This document shows, piece after piece, positions 9,420 through 19,123 of a stretch of DNA of 64,000 bases. The notes under the pieces were generated by a model. It did no database searches and was not told the DNA's origin. It saw only the letters and a program-made list of their open reading frames with translations. Position 1 is the stretch's first letter; each line of letters begins with the position of its first letter. Origin of the DNA: an uncultured virus (IMG/VR IMGVR_UViG_3300031999_000013) (Duplodnaviria > Heunggongvirae > Uroviricota > Caudoviricetes); the IMG/VR virus record IMGVR_UViG_3300031999_000013; one strand, given 5' to 3'. The position numbers were made by a program, and so were the translations under genes.

Positions 9420-10130
9420 GTGCCGACCAGTGGAACGTATCTCTGGTCGCCCGACCTCGCCGAGATGGTGGATGACGCGTTCGAGCGGTGCAAGGTTGAC
9501 CCCTCGACGCTCGCCCTGTCGCACATCCAATCGGCGCGTCGGTCGATCAACTACATGCTGTCCGAATGGGCAGCGATGGACGTCGGCCATGATTGGCGGA
9601 TAGAGCAGTTCACGCAGGCGCTCGTTCTCGGGACGGCGGCCTACGTGATCAATCCGGCCACCGCGAACGGCCGCATCATCGACATCATTCAGGTGGCGCT
9701 GCGACGCTCTGGATCGGATACCCCGATCTATGATATGAGCCGGCAGGAATACCTCGACATCCCAAACAAGACGACGCAGGGGCGGCCGAGCCGCTACTTC
9801 CTCGCCAAGAACAACGACCTGATCACGCTCACGCTCTGGAGCGTTCCCGAGAACAGTACCGACACGCTCATCATCGATGCGGTGCGTAAGTTCCAAGATC
9901 ACGACACCGCAGCCGTCTCGCCTGACACGACCTACTACATGCGTGAGGCATTCGTGGCCGGGCTTGCAGCCAAGCTCGCGGTGAAGTTTGCCCCCAACGA
10001 TCGCGTTGGCATGCTCGATGCGATGGCGAAACGTTCTCTCGACATTGGCAACTCGGCGCAACGCGAGCGTGGCGACATCGTCATCACGCCGGGTTCGGGA
10101 TATGGGCGTCGAGGCCGGAGACGGCGGTGA
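9420..10130 (+). CDS. head-tail adaptor (tail tubular protein A-like)
   Basis: TSGT, AFER, SARRS.N....EW, SR.EY..IPNK...GRP, W.VP, GLA..LA. Confidence 0.8.
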   Translation: MPTSGTYLWSPDLAEMVDDAFERCKVDPSTLALSHIQSARRSINYMLSEWAAMDVGHDWRIEQFTQALVLGTAAYVINPATANGRIIDIIQVALRRSGSDTPIYDMSRQEYLDIPNKTTQGRPSRYFLAKNNDLITLTLWSVPENSTDTLIIDAVRKFQDHDTAAVSPDTTYYMREAFVAGLAAKLAVKFAPNDRVGMLDAMAKRSLDIGNSAQRERGDIVITPGSGYGRRGRRRR

Positions 10131-11686
10131 GGGATTACGCCCGCGGCGACAGGGCTTGGGGCATCTGTAAGCGCTCCGGGCGTCGCATGCTTCTGAAGGA
10201 TCTGGTCGAGGATGACCAAATTCCGGGCCTGCTGGTTGACCCCGAATGGTACGAGCCTCGTCACCCTCAAGAATTTCCTGTGAGCCTCATTGATCCGGAG
10301 GCGATCTGGCGGCCCGCGTCCGAGCTGAGCGTTGACGGTGGCGCTCCAGTTATCGCGGCATTGTCGGCATCGTGGTCGCCCGCTCCGGTCAACGAGACAA
10401 TCGACGAGGGCTCGAACAGCGTCACGCTGTACACGTTCACGGCGCTGGGTGGATATGCCGGGTACACCTACATCTATCAGCTGTTCGGAACGCCCAACAT
10501 AGAGATCGTTCAGGTATCGCCAACGACGATCCGCTTGCGCGCGCGAGTGACTCCGTTGGGAGACACCGTTTACTCGATCACCGTCGCTGGAACCGTCACC
10601 GACGCGCTTGGTCAGCAGGCAACAGCCGTCTTCAGTGCCGTGATCACCGCGCACGAACCGCTGATTCCAGCCGGTCTGGTGCTGGTTTCTGACAACGGTT
10701 TAAGCAACACCAGACCCGGCTGGGATGCGGTCGATAAGACCACGGGCGCGCAGACTCCGCTGTCCGGAATGACGGGTGCGGTCGCGCAGATCACGATTGG
10801 AATTTCGTGGCAGCCCGCGGGCAACTATGTCGCGATTGCGTACAGCTCCACCGCGCCACGGATAGGCATCTTCAAGCGCACGCTGAATACAGGGTTGGAC
10901 AGGCTCACGGTTGGGGTGCCCTCGTGGTCAAGCTTCAAGACCTGTTGCGCTTGGGACGGGGACGACAGGCTGATCGGTGTGGGCGAGGTGAGCCTCTACT
11001 GCGAAGTTGCCAGCCGGTCGGGCGACACATTCACCATGATCAGCTCGCCGCTCAACGTGCAGCACGTAACCAACAACTTCTCAGTGGATGCGCGCAACGG
11101 CATCATGATTCTTGGTGGTAACCGAGACGGTAGCAACTTCAATATCCGCACCTATTCGTGGAACGGCAGCCAGTATATTTTTGGCAGTGGCTACGATTTG
11201 GGTGCTTCATCCACCGCAAGGGAGATCAGGATCTCCCCAGACGGGCTCACCGTTGCGGTCAGCTGTCTATTGGGGGCAAACGCCGCGGGGCTGCGCATTT
11301 ACTCAATCAGCGGGACGACGTTGACGCAGGTTCATGCAAACCTGATCTTGAGCGGAACCGCTGGCCCAGATCCCTCAATTGCCTTTTCTCCGGATAGCCA
11401 GTTTTTGTACTTTCAGGCCGCCGCTGGGACGGTTGTCCAGCTGCAGGGTTGGAAGAACATCTCCGGCACGTGGACGCCAATTACTCTCGGGGTTCCGCTT
11501 CTTTCCGGGTCAGGTGTCAGCGTGAGCCCCCAAGGAAATCTGTTGGCGGCGTGCGCGAGCGGCGCGGGACGTCGCACCGTATACAGCATCGATCCGTCAA
11601 CCGGAGCTTTGACGATCTTGAGCACGTCGGCTTGGCCCAATAACTCTGGCTCCGATCTTGCGTTCAACAGAAACCTGAACCTATGA
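10127..11686 (+). CDS. virion protein: conserved N-terminal anchor + Ig-like domain + beta-propeller
   Basis: YA.G..AWG.C.RSG...EP.HPQ N-module; WD/YVTN-like blades ISWQPAG, ISPDG, FSPDS, VSPQG. Confidence 0.75.
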   Translation: MRDYARGDRAWGICKRSGRRMLLKDLVEDDQIPGLLVDPEWYEPRHPQEFPVSLIDPEAIWRPASELSVDGGAPVIAALSASWSPAPVNETIDEGSNSVTLYTFTALGGYAGYTYIYQLFGTPNIEIVQVSPTTIRLRARVTPLGDTVYSITVAGTVTDALGQQATAVFSAVITAHEPLIPAGLVLVSDNGLSNTRPGWDAVDKTTGAQTPLSGMTGAVAQITIGISWQPAGNYVAIAYSSTAPRIGIFKRTLNTGLDRLTVGVPSWSSFKTCCAWDGDDRLIGVGEVSLYCEVASRSGDTFTMISSPLNVQHVTNNFSVDARNGIMILGGNRDGSNFNIRTYSWNGSQYIFGSGYDLGASSTAREIRISPDGLTVAVSCLLGANAAGLRIYSISGTTLTQVHANLILSGTAGPDPSIAFSPDSQFLYFQAAAGTVVQLQGWKNISGTWTPITLGVPLLSGSGVSVSPQGNLLAACASGAGRRTVYSIDPSTGALTILSTSAWPNNSGSDLAFNRNLNL

Positions 11687-12972
11687 CGTACAACAAATAC
11701 GCTGATGGTGCGCTGGCGTGGGGCGAATGTCGTCGCTCCGGAAAGCGTGTGCTGCGTAGGGATATGGTCGAAGACGACCAGATCCCCGGCATGCTGGTTG
11801 CGCGCGACTGGTACGAGCCGCGTCATCCGCAGGAGTTCCCCATCAGCGTCACGGATCCAGAGGCGCTGTGGAAGCCATCCCCGGAGAACGTCTCGGGCGA
11901 GACCGCGATTGCGGCGCTCGGCGCTGCGTGGTCGCCCGCGGCTGTGCCGGAGACGCTCGATCGTGGTGTGTTGACGACCACCACCTACACACTCACTGGC
12001 TCGGGTGGGTACGTCCCGTATTCGTATCAGTTCCTTCGAGTCACCGGAACCGGATCTGCGAACTTCAGCGTTGTTCAGCAGGGCGTGAACACCTTCAAGA
12101 TCCGCTCGCTATCGACAACGCCTTATGCGGTGTACAACCTGACGGTGCTCGGTACTGTCGTCGACTTTTTGGGCCAGCAGGTCACCGCAGCGCTCAATCT
12201 TGTCCTGACGCTGGCAAGTCCGCTACCAGCAACGCTCGCGCAATACATCACGCAGCTCGCGCCGCAGCACCTGTGGAAGTGGGACGAAACGTTCAGTTTT
12301 GTTCCAGACACAGTCTTCGATACCGGCAGCGCTACCGCAGACAACATGACGTTGTCGTCGGGAGCGTTCACCAGTGGCAACCCCGGCCCGGATACCCTCA
12401 ATTCAACGAAGTCTTTTTCGTTCGTCGCGGGTCCGGCTGCCCGCTGTATCGACAACGGCATTACGCCGGCTCTGGGTACATCGGCTGTTGGATCGTTCGT
12501 GTGGTTCATCAAGAAGAACACTGGTTTCTCGATAAATAACCACAACTTATTCGTGACTGACACGTCGGCAGTGAACCAGCAGATGCGGGTTGGTATTTCG
12601 GCAGGAAAGCCCTACTTGTTCTTTGTTCCGACGCCCGGAAATGCGATGCAGTGGGATGCAGACGTAGCTCCATTCACAGCAAATGACACATGGCAGATGA
12701 TGGTGTGGGTGCAGGCCAACGATGGCACTGGGCCGAAGCTCTACGTCAACGGCACATTGCGCTCAATCACCGGCACGCCGCAGGGAACTCCTCCCCCCAA
12801 CAACTACTGGTTCGCGGACTGCGGCAACACGCGAGCCCAGTTCTTCGCTGGCAACTGGGGGGCCGGAAACGAACAGAATCCGCTGATCGACCTGTCGAGC
12901 ACATTCATAATTGATCGGGTCTTGACTACAACCGAGATCACCAATCTCATGTCTTACCTGCCAACACCGTAA
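11683..12972 (+). CDS. virion protein: same N-terminal anchor + Ig-like domain + LamG/ConA-like lectin domain
   Basis: N-terminus paralogous to 10127 ORF; LWKWDE, WQMMVW, KLYVNG, IDRVLT..EI motifs. Confidence 0.75.
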   Translation: MTYNKYADGALAWGECRRSGKRVLRRDMVEDDQIPGMLVARDWYEPRHPQEFPISVTDPEALWKPSPENVSGETAIAALGAAWSPAAVPETLDRGVLTTTTYTLTGSGGYVPYSYQFLRVTGTGSANFSVVQQGVNTFKIRSLSTTPYAVYNLTVLGTVVDFLGQQVTAALNLVLTLASPLPATLAQYITQLAPQHLWKWDETFSFVPDTVFDTGSATADNMTLSSGAFTSGNPGPDTLNSTKSFSFVAGPAARCIDNGITPALGTSAVGSFVWFIKKNTGFSINNHNLFVTDTSAVNQQMRVGISAGKPYLFFVPTPGNAMQWDADVAPFTANDTWQMMVWVQANDGTGPKLYVNGTLRSITGTPQGTPPPNNYWFADCGNTRAQFFAGNWGAGNEQNPLIDLSSTFIIDRVLTTTEITNLMSYLPTP

Positions 12973-12982
12973 AGGGGCGATC

Positions 12983-13660
12983 ATGGCACTCAATACTTAC
13001 ACCACTCTCATCGCCGGCCTGCAGGCTTGGGTAGAGGACGACGACTCGGAATTCACCGGATCGATCAATGACGTGCTTGACTTGGCGGAGTTGCGGCTGA
13101 CCAAAGACTTGGATCTTGCGCTGTTTCGGCGCACCGACTCCACGGCGGTGATGTCAATCGGTTCTCCGAACGTCACCAAGCCAACCATCGGTGCGCCGAA
13201 TGTCCTGATTGCGACAAAAGTGATCTACCTGACGAACGGCGGGCTCACTGTGTTTCCGCAACTTCGCGGCCAAGACTACTGCGTCGACTATGAGGCGGGC
13301 GTCAGCGCCAACGGAGTCCCAAAGTACTGGGCGGAGGCGAGTGAGACGACCTATTTCATCACGCCGCGGCCGGCGCTTGCGTGGACAGTGAACGTTCGCT
13401 ACCTGTCACGCCCGCCGCAGCTTACGCCGTCCAACCAGACCAATTGGTTGTCGACCTATGCGTATGACCTGCTGTTCAAGGCGGCCCTTGCGGAGGCAGA
13501 GAAGTTCCTGAAGTCGGACGAGCGGGCTCCCATCTGGGAGGCCGATTACGTGAAGTCGATGCCGACAACCCGGCGACAGTTGTACCAGCAGTACCAGAAC
13601 CAATACGACAGGCTTGGCGCTACGCCCCTGCCGAATCTTGTTAGGAGTCTCGCGCAATGA
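12983..13660 (+). CDS. head-tail adaptor/connector protein
   Basis: TY..L......W, LAE.R..KDL, G.PKYWA, P.P, TNWLS....DLL..A.L.EA..F.K. Confidence 0.8.
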   Translation: MALNTYTTLIAGLQAWVEDDDSEFTGSINDVLDLAELRLTKDLDLALFRRTDSTAVMSIGSPNVTKPTIGAPNVLIATKVIYLTNGGLTVFPQLRGQDYCVDYEAGVSANGVPKYWAEASETTYFITPRPALAWTVNVRYLSRPPQLTPSNQTNWLSTYAYDLLFKAALAEAEKFLKSDERAPIWEADYVKSMPTTRRQLYQQYQNQYDRLGATPLPNLVRSLAQ

Positions 13661-14493
13661 CCACTTATTCGTCGCTGCTGCGACTCACCCTGCAGGATGT
13701 TGGGGAGAACTCCACGACGTGGGGCACTGTCGCCAACAACGGCGTCTTCAAGCTGCTTGAGGACGCCATCGCCGGTCTCGCCTCTATTGGACTCGCTGGC
13801 GGCAACGTCACGCTGTCGTCGAACAACGGCAGCACCGATCAGTCGCGCGAGATGATCTTGAGTCTGACCGGCGCGCTGGGAGCCGCGAGATCTGTGACAG
13901 TGCCGTCGCTCTCGAAAGTGTATCTGGTCATCAACCTCACGACCGGCGCGCAGAACGTTACAGTGAAGACGGCGGCTGGATCAGGTGTGGTTATTCCGTC
14001 GACCGGCGCTGTGTGGGTCTACTGTGATGGTGTTGATTGCTTCCTCGCCAAGGTGGGGGCCGCCGACCTCGCGACAACCGCAACGACCGCGGCGAACGCT
14101 ACAGCCCTTGGCGGGGTGGCTGCGGCTTCGTATGCGCGCCTTGATGCCCAGCAAGGCTTCACCAAAGGCCAGAACTCCACGCGCGTGACGCTCACGGAGT
14201 CGGGCGGTTTGGTGGCAGTGAACGCATCGCTATCGAACGCGTTCTACCTTGCCATGTCGGGCAACTGGACGCTCTCCAACCCGGGTGCGGGCCTCGATGG
14301 GCAGCCGATCCGCTTGATCATCAAACAGGACGGCACAGGGTCTCGCGTCATCACGTGGGGCGCGAAGTACAAGTTCCCCGGAGGTGTTGCGCCGATCCTA
14401 TCGACCGCGCCGAATGCGCGCGACTACTTCGCCTTCGAGTACTTCCTCGCGGACGATGTATGGGTTGGTAACGGCATCAAGGGCCTCGCGTAA
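13657..14493 (+). CDS. tail fibre/spike protein
   Basis: YSS.LRL.L...GE...TWG...N anchor; C-terminal QDGTGSR..TW...KFPGG..P.LST...A.D. Confidence 0.8.
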   Translation: MTTYSSLLRLTLQDVGENSTTWGTVANNGVFKLLEDAIAGLASIGLAGGNVTLSSNNGSTDQSREMILSLTGALGAARSVTVPSLSKVYLVINLTTGAQNVTVKTAAGSGVVIPSTGAVWVYCDGVDCFLAKVGAADLATTATTAANATALGGVAAASYARLDAQQGFTKGQNSTRVTLTESGGLVAVNASLSNAFYLAMSGNWTLSNPGAGLDGQPIRLIIKQDGTGSRVITWGAKYKFPGGVAPILSTAPNARDYFAFEYFLADDVWVGNGIKGLA

Positions 14494-15362
14494 TGTTCAG
14501 CACGACGATTGCCTGTATGGGGCAGGGAGATCTGGCGGTCGTCATCACGACCGAGCAGACCGACCTGAACCTGCACAGCTTCTTCGGCTCTCCCGCAGCG
14601 CCCGGCGTCGTCTCGGTGATCGTCATTGGCTGCGACATCAGGTCGCTCGTCATCGGGCCATGGGCGGCCGGATCAATCATCAATATGGAGCTTCGCGCAG
14701 GCGCTCGGATCCTTGGTCGTGGCGGCGTTGGCGGCTTCGGCGGACCGGTCAATACGCACACGTCCGGTGGGTCAAAGAAGAACATCTCAGCGATCGGGCA
14801 GCCGGGATTCGCCGGGCAGACGGCGCTGGACGCAACTATGACCAGCGCGGTGCTCAACCTGAACCCTGACGACGGGTTCATCTGGGGTGGTGGTGGAGGT
14901 GGTGGTGGTGGCGGATCTGCTGGACACATTACAGGCGGCCAAGGTCAGCGGCGCGGTGGTGGTGGCGGCGGCGGCGGACAGGGCTGGAACAACGCCGCTG
15001 GCGGTATTGGTGGCGACGTTGCGCAGGGTTCTGGCATGACCGATCCGGATGGTTCGGCAGGCACGGCCGGATCGATTGTGCTCGCGGGCGTTGGTGGTGA
15101 GAGCGGCTATCCAGATATCCCCCCTGATGCGACTGACGCCACGGGTGGAGACGCCGGCAGCTGGGGTGAGGTTGGTGCCGCGGGCGAAACGGGGTCCGGT
15201 AACACGGGCATTGGTTTTGCGTGGTCGAACTTTCAGCCCGGCTCAGCAGGCGGCGCGGCCGGCAAGGCAATCGATTCTGTCGGCACGGTGAATTTTGTCG
15301 GAGCGAAAAACGAAGCTACGCTGGTCGCCGAGTTCAGGCTCTTTGGGGCGGTTATCCCATGA
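14493..15362 (+). CDS. glycine-rich tail-tip adhesin-like protein
   Basis: I.GRGG.GG, IWGGGGGGGGG, GGAAGKAI polyglycine motifs, downstream of a fibre gene. Confidence 0.7.
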   Translation: MFSTTIACMGQGDLAVVITTEQTDLNLHSFFGSPAAPGVVSVIVIGCDIRSLVIGPWAAGSIINMELRAGARILGRGGVGGFGGPVNTHTSGGSKKNISAIGQPGFAGQTALDATMTSAVLNLNPDDGFIWGGGGGGGGGGSAGHITGGQGQRRGGGGGGGGQGWNNAAGGIGGDVAQGSGMTDPDGSAGTAGSIVLAGVGGESGYPDIPPDATDATGGDAGSWGEVGAAGETGSGNTGIGFAWSNFQPGSAGGAAGKAIDSVGTVNFVGAKNEATLVAEFRLFGAVIP

Positions 15363-17872
15363 CGCAAAAGACCCTCATCCCTCTGCCGATTCAGTCCGGT
15401 ATCAACACCGAGCAGACGGCGCGCGGCGCTGCACCAAACTGGAAAGATGGCGACAAGGTGCGCTTTCGGCTTGGCTTGCCCGAGAAGCTGGGCGGCTGGG
15501 TGCGTCTTGCTGGCGGCCAGTTCCTTGGGATCGCGCGAAAGCTCTGGGACTGGGCGAGCCTCGACTCGCTGAAGTGGGTTTCGGTTGGCACGGAGTCAAA
15601 GCTCTACCTTTGGCAGAGCGGCGTCTATTCGGACGTCACGCCGTTGCGCGCGCAGGGAACGCTCAGCAACCCGTTCTCGACCACCAGCGGCCTGAGCACC
15701 GTTGTGGTCAATCATGTTGCTCACGGCGTGCAGCCGCTCGACTACGTGCGGTTCTCGGGCTCAACCCCATTGGGAGGGCTCACGGTCGATGGTCAGTATC
15801 AGGTCCAGAGCGTTACGGATTCGGACAACTACGTCATCGTCGATGATCAGGTTGCCAGCAGCACAGTGAACCTGTCGGGCGGCACGGTCGGATACCAGTA
15901 CGACATCTCTGTGGGTCTCTCCAGCGCGAGCTTCGGCGTGGGCTGGGGCACCGGCACATGGTCTCAGGAAACGTGGAGCACGCCACGCACGGTCTCCAAT
16001 ACGGTGCTCGCGCTGCGCCTATGGTCGCTCGATAACTGGGGCGAGGATCTCATTGCCAATCCGCGTGGCGGCTTCATCTACTGGTGGGATCGCGGCACCG
16101 GAGTTGCCTCACGGGCAGCGCTGCTCGCGGCGGCCCCGCGCGCCCTCTACACCATCGTCTCTCAGCGCGACCGACATCTCATTGCATTCGGCTGTACGGA
16201 CGCGGTCACCGGAGAGTTCGATACGCTGCTGATTCGCTGGTGCTCGAAAGAGGACTTCAACGACTGGATCCCGAGCACGCTCAACACCGCGGGTGACGCG
16301 CGCATCGAGTCCGGATCAAAGATCGTTGCCGCCGTGAAGACGCGCGGAGAGATCCTGATCTGGACCGACATTTCGGTTCACCAGATGAACTACGTCGGCG
16401 GCAACGACGTCTACACGGTGAATGGTCTCGGGCAGAACATCTCTCTGCTTGGCCCCAACGCGCTCATCGAGGTGAACTCGCGCGTGTACGCGATGGCGGA
16501 TGGCGACTTCTTCATCTACGACGGTCTGATGCGCCCGCTGCCATGCACGGTCCGCGACTATGTGTTCAAGAACCTCAATGTGTTTCAGAAGGAAAAGTCC
16601 TTTGCCGGTTTGAATCGAGCGTTCAACGAGATCTTCTTCTTCTATCCGGGCAAGGCCGATAACGTCTGGATCGAGCTGGACTACACGGCGGGTCTCTTGG
16701 AGAACCTGACCGCCATACAGAGCATGGCCGGCACGCAGCGCTACTCGGTGTTGTTCAATTCGCTGGGGTTTGTGTATGCAGGCACGCACACCAACAACAC
16801 GCTCTACGACTCAACCTACTTCCTTTCGGCTGCAGCTGCCGCGCCAATAGACGACCTGCTTGCCGTCGACTACGAGGCGACGTTCATCCTCAACGGTTTG
16901 ACCGGCAAATTCGGTCTCATTATCGAGGCGACCGATCTGACGGGAACGGCGGATACCTCCGCCGACAACATGAAGGGCATCTCGGTCGACATAGACTGCA
17001 CTACCGGTCGCGCCTTTTTCAGGAACCGTAGCGCTGGCGGCGTGCTGAGCACCCTCACCAATTCCGTTGGCGCGGGATACTTGTTGTCTGCGCTTGGTAC
17101 GCCGATCACGCTGGTCAGCGGTCGCACGTACGGCATCCTGATTACGCGATCGGTCAACAACATCAGCGGTTACCTGTACGACGCGAACAGCGGCACCACG
17201 CAGCTCATTGCGACCGTGGCCCTTGCTGCCGGCGAGATCACGCTGTATCCGGGCACTGTCGGCAGGCCGGGATTTGTATTCAGGTATGCCGGGCAAACGA
17301 TTCAGGCGGGTGATGTTCGCTTGCTCTCTCTGCGAGCCGCGCCAACGGGCGTATTGATTGCGCAGACGCAGCGCGGCGTGGCCTCCGAAGTGAATCGATA
17401 CGTCATCTTCAACTACCAAGAAGACACGTGGTCCATCGGAACCATGTCGCGATCGACGTGGCACGACTCATCGCCTGTGCTCGAAGCTCCCTACGCTGCA
17501 GGTTTGGATGGGTTTCTCTACCAGCACGAGACCACGAACGACGACAACGGCGCGGCGATGGTCTCCTACCTGAAGACCTACGACATGGAGATCCCCGAAG
17601 AGGGCGACCAGATCGCGCACATCGACAAGTACATTCCGGACTTCAAGGAGCTGGAAGGGACGGTTCAGGTCAGCTTCACGGGGAAGAAGTACCCGCAGAC
17701 GACGACCAGTCAGACCAAGGGTCCGTATACCGTTAGCTCGGCTACCACAAAGCAATCGATGCGAATTCGCGCCAGACAGATCTCGTTAGAACTACGCTCC
17801 TCTGCAGTGGGTGACCGTTGGCGCATGGGCACCCTTCGGCTGCGCGCCATGGGTCATGGGAAGCGTACCTGA
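15359..17872 (+). CDS. tail nozzle/stabilization protein (tail tubular B-like) with ~244-aa insertion
   Basis: W.D.DKVRFR.G.PEK.GGW, LWS.DNWGEDL, RH.I.FG, IRW...E, NTAG, EIL.WTD, WR.G..R. Confidence 0.85.
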   Translation: MTQKTLIPLPIQSGINTEQTARGAAPNWKDGDKVRFRLGLPEKLGGWVRLAGGQFLGIARKLWDWASLDSLKWVSVGTESKLYLWQSGVYSDVTPLRAQGTLSNPFSTTSGLSTVVVNHVAHGVQPLDYVRFSGSTPLGGLTVDGQYQVQSVTDSDNYVIVDDQVASSTVNLSGGTVGYQYDISVGLSSASFGVGWGTGTWSQETWSTPRTVSNTVLALRLWSLDNWGEDLIANPRGGFIYWWDRGTGVASRAALLAAAPRALYTIVSQRDRHLIAFGCTDAVTGEFDTLLIRWCSKEDFNDWIPSTLNTAGDARIESGSKIVAAVKTRGEILIWTDISVHQMNYVGGNDVYTVNGLGQNISLLGPNALIEVNSRVYAMADGDFFIYDGLMRPLPCTVRDYVFKNLNVFQKEKSFAGLNRAFNEIFFFYPGKADNVWIELDYTAGLLENLTAIQSMAGTQRYSVLFNSLGFVYAGTHTNNTLYDSTYFLSAAAAAPIDDLLAVDYEATFILNGLTGKFGLIIEATDLTGTADTSADNMKGISVDIDCTTGRAFFRNRSAGGVLSTLTNSVGAGYLLSALGTPITLVSGRTYGILITRSVNNISGYLYDANSGTTQLIATVALAAGEITLYPGTVGRPGFVFRYAGQTIQAGDVRLLSLRAAPTGVLIAQTQRGVASEVNRYVIFNYQEDTWSIGTMSRSTWHDSSPVLEAPYAAGLDGFLYQHETTNDDNGAAMVSYLKTYDMEIPEEGDQIAHIDKYIPDFKELEGTVQVSFTGKKYPQTTTSQTKGPYTVSSATTKQSMRIRARQISLELRSSAVGDRWRMGTLRLRAMGHGKRT

Positions 17873-18789
17873 TGGACTCCAGAGAGCGCCTGCCAGACTG
17901 GCTGCATAAAGACTTCGATGCCGAGAGGATGCGCGAACTCACGCAGATTCTCACTCGGCGTCTTGCCGGCATGGGCGCGTCTATTCAGGAGCTTCGTGAT
18001 GATCTCGATGCGGGTGGTGCGGTTGGATATCACACCCACGTAGTCGCCGACATTACCGACTTCCCGTCCTTTGCGGTTGGTGATTTTGTCCTTCGTGCCG
18101 GCGACTCGATGCTTGGCAATCTGGTGTTTCCGGAAGGCTTCAAAGTAGTGATCGGTGATGCCAACCAGATGAACATCTGGCACACCGGTTCCGATGTGCG
18201 CTTCGAGCAACCGACGACGATGGATGTTCGCTTTGTGCGTGGCGGCATCAACACGATCTGGATGAAGCAGTCTGGTGAGATCGAGTTCCAGACGGGTGGC
18301 TTCCTGAGCTTGTTCAAGGGCTCGATGCGCGTCGAGCAGATCCTCAGCGCGGCAAATCTGCGCACGTGGGGAGATCGCGTGCAGTTGTTATCCGAGACGG
18401 TGGGTGCGCCAACGCGCAACGCACTGCTGGAGGTGGTCCGCGGAGGCCTGCCCAACGTAGCGCTGCGCTGGAATGAAACGCTCGATCGCTGGGAGATCAC
18501 GCGGGACGGCAACAACTACTACCAGATCCTCGACTTTCAGAACATCGATGGCGATAAAGGCGACATCACCGTTTCCGCGACCGGCACGGTATTTACGATC
18601 GACCCGCAAGCCGTGACCTATGCGAAAATGCAGAACGTGAGCGCTGCGTCCAAACTCCTTGGAAGGGGGGATTCAGGAGCCGGCAGCCCACAAGAGATCA
18701 GTCTGGGCACAGGACTTGCCATGACTGGTGTAACGCTCTCCGCAACGGGTGGCGGCGGCGACAGCTGGATGGCATGGGCGGGTCTATAG
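17872..18789 (+). CDS. tail-associated/fibre protein
   Basis: HTH.VADITD, DGDKGDITVS, AVTYAKMQNVS...LLGR fibre-type motifs. Confidence 0.7.
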   Translation: MDSRERLPDWLHKDFDAERMRELTQILTRRLAGMGASIQELRDDLDAGGAVGYHTHVVADITDFPSFAVGDFVLRAGDSMLGNLVFPEGFKVVIGDANQMNIWHTGSDVRFEQPTTMDVRFVRGGINTIWMKQSGEIEFQTGGFLSLFKGSMRVEQILSAANLRTWGDRVQLLSETVGAPTRNALLEVVRGGLPNVALRWNETLDRWEITRDGNNYYQILDFQNIDGDKGDITVSATGTVFTIDPQAVTYAKMQNVSAASKLLGRGDSGAGSPQEISLGTGLAMTGVTLSATGGGGDSWMAWAGL

Positions 18790-18790
18790 G

Positions 18791-19123
18791 ATGTCCTTCG
18801 TAGGAAAAACGCTCGCTGATGGTCAGCTGCCGACCACGCAGACCGCGATCTATACGGTGCCCGCGAGCACGCGCGCGATCATCAAGTCAGCCGACTTCGT
18901 CAACAATATCGCTACCGTCCAAGCGGTCCAGTTATGGATCAAGCGATCAGGCGGGACGTCGAGGCGGGTGTGTGCCGTCAGCAACCTTTCTGTTGATGAA
19001 AAGATAGAAGCGGTCAGCGATGGTGAGTCTTGGAGCCTTGCCGCTGGCGACATCATTGAGGGGATGACCACGACTGCAGCCGCGGTCGACTACACCATCA
19101 CCGGGGCCGAGGAGACGCCGTGA
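18791..19123 (+). CDS. small tail-associated beta-sandwich protein
   Basis: IYTVP..T..II, L..GD.I, TI.G.E motif. Confidence 0.7.
   Translation: MSFVGKTLADGQLPTTQTAIYTVPASTRAIIKSADFVNNIATVQAVQLWIKRSGGTSRRVCAVSNLSVDEKIEAVSDGESWSLAAGDIIEGMTTTAAAVDYTITGAEETP

Noticed and set aside
10127..12972. Duplicated segments as DGR template/variable repeats
   Set aside because: No reverse transcriptase; differences are not adenine-specific and the shared part is N-terminal
14885..14980. (GGT/GGC)n tracts as contingency repeats or G-quadruplex
   Set aside because: Explained by polyglycine coding with mixed codons
16652..17383. Nozzle insertion as an intein
   Set aside because: No N-terminal Cys/Ser block, no HN-C/S/T end, no homing endonuclease motifs
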